Shown here piece by piece: positions 8,023 through 14,019 of a DNA stretch of 15,798 bases. The stretch comes from Planctomycetota bacterium. GTDB lineage: Bacteria; Planctomycetota; Phycisphaerae; Sedimentisphaerales; Anaerobacaceae. The first letter of the stretch is position 1. Every line of letters begins with the position of its first letter. Under the pieces are notes generated by a model. That model saw only the letters and a program-made list of their open reading frames with translations. It was not told where the DNA came from and did not search any database. The DNA lies in NCBI GenBank assembly GCA_043824065.1, contig JBDRTM010000428.1, forward strand, positions 1 through 15,798. The letters are read 5' to 3'. Position numbers and translations under genes: made by a program.

Positions 8023-8170
8023 CCTGCCCTGAGCACAGCCGAAGGGCCGAAGGTACTCACTTCAACTCCCATTCCTCACAATTGCCTAAGATCCTTCATC
8101 ATTCAGCATTCCTTGTTCGATACCTGTCCTGAGCACAGCCTGCCCTGAGCGTAGTCGAATGGGTCGAAGG
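8023..8170. repeat. GC-rich intergenic direct repeats (CCTGCCCTGAGC...CGAAGG family)
   Basis: Copy 1 is cctgccctgagcacagccgaagggccgaagg (8023-8053). A partial head cctgtcctgagcacagcc lies at 8123-8140. Copy 2 is cctgccctgagcgtagtcgaatgggtcgaagg (8139-8170). Confidence 0.6.
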
Positions 8171-8186
8171 ATTCGATATTCCTTTC

Positions 8187-8338
8187 TTATACCAAATTGC
8201 ATTTAATTACTGCGCTTCTTGTGTTTGGCATAGAAGGGTGGCAGCCTCAAGCGTAGCCCCTTGGGGACGCCTTACGGCGCTTGGGGATGGCTCGCTGCTC
8301 TTTATGTAAAGCGCAACTTTTAATTACAATTGGTATAA
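8187..8338. terminator. Nested inverted repeat between convergent pilT and the LamG gene (putative bidirectional terminator or structured RNA)
   Basis: The AT-rich outer arms are ttataccaaattgcatttaattactgcgct (8187-8216) and agcgcaacttttaattacaattggtataa (8310-8338), an imperfect reverse complement. Inside are GC-rich stems: AGCGTAGCC/GGCTCGCT, CGCC-TTAC-GGCG, and two TTGGGG boxes. Confidence 0.45.
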
Positions 8339-8346
8339 ATCCCAGC

Positions 8347-10515
8347 TTACGGCACCGGCTCTGGCGGCGGAGGATACAGACGAATATCATCAAAGTACAT
8401 CGTACCTGAACCACCTGCTTGCGGGTTGTTCTTATTGCCTAAACCAAGGGCAATAGTATTGACATTGGCAAGGTTCACACCCTGGTCTGCAAAGGCCTGC
8501 AGGTCGATATTCCATTTCGTCCAGGTGCCTATCTGTGCGGCATTAGGATTGTCATGAGAGACGACCGCGCTGCCATTGAGGGCAACATACAACGTCTCAG
8601 CAGCGTTGTCCGAATTGCCCCTGAACCAAATTGTTAATGTGGTAATTCCATTCTCGGTCCAGTCGCGCGGATAAGTCAACGTCAATGTCGCCTCAGAGTA
8701 ACCAACGCTATTGTCGTAGTAGAGTGGCATCGATTGGCTGCCGCTGTGAACGATAGTTTGCTCGGCATAAGGAGGAAGGTCATTACCAACGAGAGCTCCG
8801 TTTGTCGGGACATCATAACCGTCCGTCCACGCTTCAAATATCCTATTGCTCCCCGGGTCAGGGGGGTCAATGTCGTTGTAGGACTCAAAATCGTCCACGA
8901 CAAGGAAGTTTGCGGTCGTAAAGCTCCAAAGGTTGCCTGTCCATGGGCTGTCGGGATTGGTGTTATTGGCCTCGACAATACGCCAATAGTAAGCGCTGTT
9001 CCACTCAAGCTTTTCGGGTTCGTAGCTCTCGGCACCGAGATTCCCGCTGCCTTTGTATTCCGGCGAACTTGTATCGGCATTTTTCACGGCATCTTCATCA
9101 GCGCCGAAAAAGACCTGATGGGAAGCAGCATAGACTCCCGGTGACCAGGTAAGAACCGGTGTATGCTCTACATCCACAGCGCCATTATCCGGGTCCGGGC
9201 TCCCGACGGCACCCTCAGTAGTAAAGCTCCAAACGTCGCCTTTATGCGTGTCGGTGACATCAAACTCATCGACCCGCCAGTAGTAAGTCTTAGCCATTTT
9301 AAGCGGGCCGGGATTGTAGGTTGTAACTCCCTGTGAGAGTCCACCAGTGGCGTTGTCCACATCGTCAAAATTCTCGCCGAAATATACGGTGTGCAATTTA
9401 GCACCGAAACCTCCCGTCCAGCTAAGTTTCACATCCGGGGCCACCAGCTCGGCATCATCAGCCGGGTCGGGATAATACGCAGTCTTTGGTGGAATCGTAA
9501 AGCTCCAGACATTGCCTTTGTGTATTGTAGTACCATCGGCCTCGACTTCATCTATCCGCCAGTAGTAAGTCATACCCGGAACAAGGCCGTCCGGAAAAGG
9601 AAATCCGGGAAAGCCAACAACAATAAACATCGCATTCTGATTGCCCTGGAAAGTATCTGCAATGCCGTCGTTCACATCGTCAAAATTATCGCCAACATAT
9701 ACATCGTGCGAGACCGCAGTATCTCCTGGTGACCACGAGAGGTTCGCCCATGTATCGGTATGAAGAGCACCATTAGCCGGGTTCGGGTCATCGGCCTTTA
9801 CAAACGATGCCGGGATACCGTGAAACAGGTCCACTATCTGGTTATCCGACAGCGTCCGGCTGTAGATGTAGATTTCATCCATAAGGCCATTGAATGATTC
9901 GTCGTAGTCATCGCGGTCTTCCCCGAAACCGAGTGTAACGTTTGCTTCCACGGCGGAATCGGGGCTGAATCCACTTGGCCCTTCACCAACTATCTCACCG
10001 TTGATAAAGACCTTTGCATAGCTTCCATCGCATGTCCCGGCCACGTGCTGCCACTCACCTATTGCCGGAGCAACATCGCTCCATATATCCAGGTTATCCG
10101 AGTCCGAACCTCCCCATTGGATAAAACCATCGTCGGCACGAAGCTGGAGTATCCACCTTCTTTGTCCATATTGGAAGCTTTTGCCGGCTATCCCCTGCCA
10201 GTTACCGTTCAATCCATCCCATTTTATCCAGACAGAAACGGACAATTCGCCGCCGGCCGATGGGTCGTCGGTTCCGCAGTTAATACGGCTCGGCAGACTG
10301 GGCTGGTCATTAAACGCAACAACCCAGCCTCTTTCAGCATCGAATACCGTTACCGGGCCATCTACTGCCGTCCCGTGGCGGTCATTACCGGAATAGTCAT
10401 TTAAGTCGTTCTCGTTGATAGGATAGTATCCCCAGAGACTTCCGCCATTCGCTACGCCTGCAGTTACTCCCAGCACCAAAACAAAAGAAACCAAATAAAT
10501 CAATTTTTTACACAT
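8347..10515 (-). CDS. Secreted LamG/concanavalin-A-like lectin domain protein with three tandem roughly 90-aa beta-sandwich-type repeats and a C-terminal CBM-like domain
   Basis: Signal peptide MCKKLIYLVSFVLVLGVTAGVANG. LamG-type region, about aa 25-232, includes ...LMDEIYIYSRTLSDNQI. The three repeats (aa 243-341, 349-433, 439-534) each read P.(N/D)GA...LSW(S/T)(P/G)G...H.V(Y/F).G...DDV...YYWR(I/V).E...G(N/D).WSFT. SD GGAGG (10522-10526) lies 6 nt before the ATG. Confidence 0.88.
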   Translation of the reverse strand: MCKKLIYLVSFVLVLGVTAGVANGGSLWGYYPINENDLNDYSGNDRHGTAVDGPVTVFDAERGWVVAFNDQPSLPSRINCGTDDPSAGGELSVSVWIKWDGLNGNWQGIAGKSFQYGQRRWILQLRADDGFIQWGGSDSDNLDIWSDVAPAIGEWQHVAGTCDGSYAKVFINGEIVGEGPSGFSPDSAVEANVTLGFGEDRDDYDESFNGLMDEIYIYSRTLSDNQIVDLFHGIPASFVKADDPNPANGALHTDTWANLSWSPGDTAVSHDVYVGDNFDDVNDGIADTFQGNQNAMFIVVGFPGFPFPDGLVPGMTYYWRIDEVEADGTTIHKGNVWSFTIPPKTAYYPDPADDAELVAPDVKLSWTGGFGAKLHTVYFGENFDDVDNATGGLSQGVTTYNPGPLKMAKTYYWRVDEFDVTDTHKGDVWSFTTEGAVGSPDPDNGAVDVEHTPVLTWSPGVYAASHQVFFGADEDAVKNADTSSPEYKGSGNLGAESYEPEKLEWNSAYYWRIVEANNTNPDSPWTGNLWSFTTANFLVVDDFESYNDIDPPDPGSNRIFEAWTDGYDVPTNGALVGNDLPPYAEQTIVHSGSQSMPLYYDNSVGYSEATLTLTYPRDWTENGITTLTIWFRGNSDNAAETLYVALNGSAVVSHDNPNAAQIGTWTKWNIDLQAFADQGVNLANVNTIALGLGNKNNPQAGGSGTMYFDDIRLYPPPPEPVP

Positions 10516-10531
10516 AATAGTCCTCCTTCAT

Positions 10532-10600
10532 CCCGTCCCGTCTTTGCCGCAAGGCATCCGCCGCAAGGCGTCCCTTTCGGGACTGCGGACGACGGGCGGG
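10532..10600 (-). promoter_or_regulatory. GC-rich four-way-junction (cloverleaf-like) structure in the 5' leader of the LamG gene
   Basis: The outer stem pairs 10532-10542 with 10588-10600 (10 bp, 1 bulge). It encloses three hairpins: TGCC-GCAA-GGCA (10545-10556), CGCC-GCAA-GGCG (10559-10570) and GTCCC-TTTC-GGGAC (10570-10583). In the minus-sense RNA the last loop is the GNRA tetraloop GAAA. The structure ends 5 nt upstream of the SD. Confidence 0.5.
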
Positions 10601-10610
10601 CTTCATAAAA

Positions 10611-10638
10611 TTAATATTGATTGTTAATTGAAATGCAA
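10611..10638 (-). promoter_or_regulatory. Putative sigma70-type promoter of the LamG gene
   Basis: On the minus strand: TTGCAT (10633-10638), a 16-nt spacer, then TATTAA (10611-10616). The predicted TSS falls a few nt before the outer stem of the leader structure. Confidence 0.4.
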
Positions 10639-11016
10639 AAAACATGACCGCCAAGCACAACGCTTCGGCTGCAACTTTGTGCCTCGCATAATAACTCCTC
10701 CTCTATTCGAAAAACTCCAGGAATTGCACCCGCAGGGAAACCAAAATACACAGATATCAGACTGTGCAGGCGCAAGCTTCACTAATATTATCTATACCAA
10801 ATTATCTACTTCCCCGTCAAGTAAAATCTGCCGAATTATGCATCCTTTTTTCAGCACCCTCAAATAAAATCAGCAATCTCTCCCCAAATAATCAAGATCG
10901 TAGTCGAAGTCGCCAGATGTGCCCCCTGCCTGTGCCCACGAAGCCTGTCCTCGACTTAGATCGGGTAGCGGGTAGCGGGATTTGCTCCGGGCGAAAACCG
11001 CCGCCTTTTGGCGAAA

Positions 11017-11484
11017 TCATTTATTTGCCGCCAGTGCCCGAGCCAACGTTACCGCCCAGCCGGCTGCAATAATAACTATTAGGGCTAAAATGATGTACCT
11101 TACCTTAACCTCCCTAAAAAAACGCTCTAAAAAGCGGAAATACACCCCAAAAACGGCTATAACAAGAGCCAAAAGCGCTATAACCACCAGCACACAACAT
11201 AATAACGCACATGCCGGCTGGATATAAAACGCCTCGAAGATTTTGCCCTGGGCGAAAGCAAGTGTCGCAGTAGTCATTCTGCAGGTTGGACACGGCAGCC
11301 CGTATCTTTGCTTGAAACCGCAATACCCAAGCCACCGCCCCATATCTATGTTATAATGTCCCGCCAGCGCGAAAAAACCGAAGAAACCAACCACCGCCAA
11401 GCAAACAATCACCGCTGCCATCCGCTGGCGAGACGACGCTCGGATAAAAATTTTCAACTTATTTATCTGTTGGCTTGTTGGCAT
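11017..11484 (-). CDS. DUF2752 family membrane protein
   Basis: 155 aa with several hydrophobic helices. The DUF2752-like motif YGLPCPTCRMTTA matches the family pattern GxPCPxCGxTRA. Confidence 0.75.
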   Translation of the reverse strand: MPTSQQINKLKIFIRASSRQRMAAVIVCLAVVGFFGFFALAGHYNIDMGRWLGYCGFKQRYGLPCPTCRMTTATLAFAQGKIFEAFYIQPACALLCCVLVVIALLALVIAVFGVYFRFLERFFREVKVRYIILALIVIIAAGWAVTLARALAANK

Positions 11485-11493
11485 AACTAGGTT

Positions 11494-11522
11494 AGAATAG
11501 AGCAGCCGGGTAATTCTGTCAA
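11494..11522 (-). promoter_or_regulatory. Putative promoter giving a near-leaderless DUF2752 transcript
   Basis: On the minus strand: TTGACA (11517-11522), a 17-nt spacer, then TATTCT (11494-11499). The ATG (11482-11484) starts 9 nt after the -10 element. No SD is present. Confidence 0.4.
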
Positions 11523-11583
11523 GAAATGACTAATACCCGTGAGTTATTGACAAAATACGAAGTATGCGATACGAGATACGAAT

Positions 11584-12408
11584 ATGCCGTTAGAGCAGAG
11601 AGATTTGAGCAGAATGCTGGAGACAGCTATCGTGGCAGCACACCTGGCCGGGCAGCGGGCGATGGAAGAAATCAATTTCGTCAAGGCCTCAGTGAAGAAC
11701 GCCACCGAATTGGTAACCCAGACCGATGCCCGATGCCAGAAGATAATCATCGACCGAATCAAGGAGAACTATCCCGACCACGGCTTTATCGCTGAGGAAG
11801 GTGACCAGGGTAAGATTTTCAAACAACCGCCACGAGGCGACCAGCAGCTCTTCTGGGCCATCGACCCGATAGACGGAACAAACAATTTTGCACATCGCAT
11901 GCTTTTATTCGCCATCAGCATTGCAGTACTCTACGAGGGCGAACCGATTGTAGGTGTGATTTTCGAGCCGGCCACGGATTCAATGTTCACTGCTGTCAAA
12001 GGCGGCGAGGCACAATTGAACAGCAGGCGAATAACCGCAAGCCAGGAGACGATGGATAAATTTTCAAGCATTGGTCTGGACAGTCATTTTGATAATGGTG
12101 TGCCGTCCTGGACCTGTGAAATTATGCAGCGGACAAGATTCCGAAACTTGGGCACAACCGCCCTGCAATTGGCATACGTGGCAAAGGGCGGCCTTATAGC
12201 CACTATCGCCTCCGACCCGAAGATATGGGACATAGCAGCCGGGACCGTAATCGCCGAGGCCGCCGGAGCCATCGTTACCGATTGGCAGGGTGGAAAAATC
12301 TTTCCCCTCGATTTGGAAAGCTATGAAGCTCAGCAATTTCAGGTAATAGCGTCTAACAAAAAAGTCCATCCCAACTTACTCGAACTTCTAAATCGTGATC
12401 GTGAGTGA
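11584..12408 (+). CDS. suhB: Inositol monophosphatase family protein (SuhB/IMPase-like)
   Basis: Both IMPase signatures are present: WAIDPIDGTNNFAH and WDIAAG. 274 aa. Confidence 0.9.
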   Translation: MPLEQRDLSRMLETAIVAAHLAGQRAMEEINFVKASVKNATELVTQTDARCQKIIIDRIKENYPDHGFIAEEGDQGKIFKQPPRGDQQLFWAIDPIDGTNNFAHRMLLFAISIAVLYEGEPIVGVIFEPATDSMFTAVKGGEAQLNSRRITASQETMDKFSSIGLDSHFDNGVPSWTCEIMQRTRFRNLGTTALQLAYVAKGGLIATIASDPKIWDIAAGTVIAEAAGAIVTDWQGGKIFPLDLESYEAQQFQVIASNKKVHPNLLELLNRDRE

Positions 12409-12497
12409 AAATTAAAAATTAAAGAGCGAAGCGACAAGTAAAAACCCAAACTGGCATGCCGGATGCTCGATATTAGCAGCTAAAGAAAAATAAAAAA

Positions 12498-12525
12498 AGC
12501 CATCAATGTACTTACACTGATGGCT
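12498..12525 (-). terminator. Rho-independent terminator, strong on the minus strand and weaker on the plus strand
   Basis: The stem pairs AGCCATCAATGT with ACACTGATGGCT (12 bp, 1 mismatch). On the minus strand it is followed by TTTTTTT (complement of A-run 12492-12498). On the plus strand it is followed only by TTTAT. Confidence 0.75.
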
Positions 12526-12552
12526 TTATGATAATCTAAGATTATCACATTT

Positions 12553-12618
12553 TTACTTTTTCTTCTTTGCTGTTTTCTTCTTGGTCGCCTTTTTCTTTGT
12601 GGCTTTCTTTTTTGCCAT
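12553..12618 (-). CDS. Unlisted 21-aa polylysine micro-ORF (MAKKKATKKKATKKKTAKKKK)
   Basis: Start ATG at 12616-12618 and stop TAA at 12553-12555, 66 nt in frame. SD GGAGG (12626-12630) lies 7 nt upstream of the ATG. The terminator hairpin begins about 28 nt downstream. 13 of 21 residues are Lys, in a repeating KKK(A/T)(A/T) pattern. Confidence 0.6.
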   Translation of the reverse strand: MAKKKATKKKATKKKTAKKKK

Positions 12619-12687
12619 TTTTAGGCCTCCATGTAACTAAAAAAAATTGGTTGTTAGTAAGTGGGCTAAAACCCACCAAATCCGCTT

Positions 12688-13947
12688 TTATTGGTCCCGA
12701 TTTTTTAAAAGCTCTAAATTTTTGTCGATGTTAAATAGCAAGAATACTCGTTTCATATAAAAACTTCTAATCAAGTTTTTTTTTATCCCTTCCAACTGGC
12801 GTACTAAAAACTCGGCCAGCAATAATGTGCGTTGCAGGATGCCGATTCGCTGCACTGCTTCCTGTGGTGTGTACAGTTGCTTCGAAATTGGGCCGAGGCC
12901 ACACACAACCCTGGTAGATTCTGGTACAAGGCCGGCAATAGTTGGCCATACAGATGATTCCTGGTCGAGGGGGATGTCCCATTTGTCAGCAACTTCTTTT
13001 AGATCTCTTGCGAGTTTCTGATTTCTACGGCTAATCTTCATAGGAAGGCGGTCTGAAAGCATTTCGAGTTCCCATTTCGCTTCACCTTTACCTAAAATGT
13101 CCCGCATCTTCTTTTCTACCGCGTCAGCAAGTCGTTGCTCTGGGTAGCTAAGTAGCAGAGTAACAACTATCCGATGAGGCAAAAGCATAGGAAAGCTTGT
13201 CGTCTTTATATTTGAAGCAGCCACCGCAATGCGTTCTTTTCTGGAGGACAGTTTCGATAGTTTCTCAATCTTAGCACATACCCAATGGAGAGCTTCGGGG
13301 CTTTTATTAGCTTTTCCAATGCGTCTTGGGTAAGTTTCTACGCGTAAAACGTATTTCCGTTGTCCCCGACGCCGGGTAACAATTTTATTTCCTGGATTTC
13401 CGGCTCTCAAAACTAAAACTTGAATGGCTTGCTGTAGCTCCTCTTCATTGTTGACGATTCTTACGCCAAAGGATACCGATTCGTTTTTGGGCTTGACAAT
13501 TAAAGGGTATATCAGATCACAAGTCATGTTCTCCAACGAATCCACTACAGTGAAATCCGGTGTCGGCAGACCATGCTGCCTAAATATTGTTTTCGCGACT
13601 ACTTTATCCAGAGCCATACCGTGAGCAAGCGGCCCCGAACCTACATAAGGTATGCCAACCATCTCCAAAATACTTGGCACATGTGTATAGCGAGCCTGTC
13701 CTTGAATTCCATACGAAAGATTAAAAACCAAACCCGGTTGCTCACCTTTGAGAACCCGTGGCATAAAATCTTCGAGTTTGTTGATAAGGTCTTTGTCCCC
13801 TTCGATTGCCTTTACCTGGTGCCCACCGGCTTTTAGGGCATTGGCAATTCGTTTAATGGTATTCTGGCCTATTCTTTCCTTGTTGGGAATTCCAAACAGG
13901 TTGATTACATTCTGAAAATCGTGGTTGTAAACAATAGCAATTTTCAT
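12688..13947 (-). CDS. Chimeric protein: Ddl-type ATP-grasp N-terminal half (about aa 1-178) fused to an M20-peptidase-like dimerisation and C-terminal half (about aa 183-383)
   Basis: The N-terminal part is MKIAIVYN...GIQGQARYTHVPSILEMVGIPYVGSGPLAHGMALDKVVAKTIFRQHGLPTP...YPLIVKPKNESVSFGVRIVNNEEELQQAI, which is D-Ala-D-Ala-ligase-like. The C-terminal part aligns by eye with CPG2-type M20 enzymes. VTRRRGQRKYVLRVETYPRRIG corresponds to ...V.V.GK..HAG. GLGPISKQLYTPQEAV...LLLAEFL corresponds to GLGP.G...HT..E.V. It is one intact 419-aa ORF. Confidence 0.8.
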   Translation of the reverse strand: MKIAIVYNHDFQNVINLFGIPNKERIGQNTIKRIANALKAGGHQVKAIEGDKDLINKLEDFMPRVLKGEQPGLVFNLSYGIQGQARYTHVPSILEMVGIPYVGSGPLAHGMALDKVVAKTIFRQHGLPTPDFTVVDSLENMTCDLIYPLIVKPKNESVSFGVRIVNNEEELQQAIQVLVLRAGNPGNKIVTRRRGQRKYVLRVETYPRRIGKANKSPEALHWVCAKIEKLSKLSSRKERIAVAASNIKTTSFPMLLPHRIVVTLLLSYPEQRLADAVEKKMRDILGKGEAKWELEMLSDRLPMKISRRNQKLARDLKEVADKWDIPLDQESSVWPTIAGLVPESTRVVCGLGPISKQLYTPQEAVQRIGILQRTLLLAEFLVRQLEGIKKNLIRSFYMKRVFLLFNIDKNLELLKNRDQ

Positions 13948-14019
13948 ACTGTTTTGCTGTTTGCGTGAAACTTATGGTACTTCTTTGTGTAAATAATACC
14001 CTTATGTCTTAGGGTACCA

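Noticed and set aside
8023-8170. CRISPR array
   Set aside because: Only two to three imperfect units are present. They are irregularly spaced and partly abutting, with no uniform spacers and no cas genes.
8682-10404. ORFs on either strand overlapping the 722-aa LamG gene (8682..9080, 8734..9144, 9391..9732, 10045..10404, and others)
   Set aside because: The long frame has a signal peptide, an SD and an internally repeated domain structure. The overlapping frames have none of these.
10532-10600. tRNA or tRNA-like gene
   Set aside because: The cloverleaf topology is superficially tRNA-like. However, the arms carry 4-nt loops, so there is no 7-nt anticodon or T-loop. There is also no GTTCGAATC-type T-arm, and the stem lengths are wrong.
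8187-10805. Shared 11-mer TATACCAAATT at about 8188 and about 10794
   Set aside because: Exact 11-mer matches are expected by chance many times in a 15.8-kb window searched on both strands. There is no extended similarity around them.
10962-10980. Short tandem GGGTAGC-GGGTAGC-GGG
   Set aside because: It has only about 2.5 copies of a 7-mer, with no evidence of function. I note it but it is not interpretable.
10628-11072. Plus-strand ORFs 10628..10867 and 10764..11072 in the 500-bp spacer
   Set aside because: One starts at TTG with no SD, both give low-complexity translations, and the second runs antisense into the DUF2752 gene. I treat the region as non-coding leader or spacer.
11526-11795. 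ORF 11526..11795 (+) overlapping the start of the IMPase gene
   Set aside because: It is out of frame with the IMPase gene, whose N-terminus and signatures are clear. Its translation is Arg/Gly-rich, which is off-frame type.
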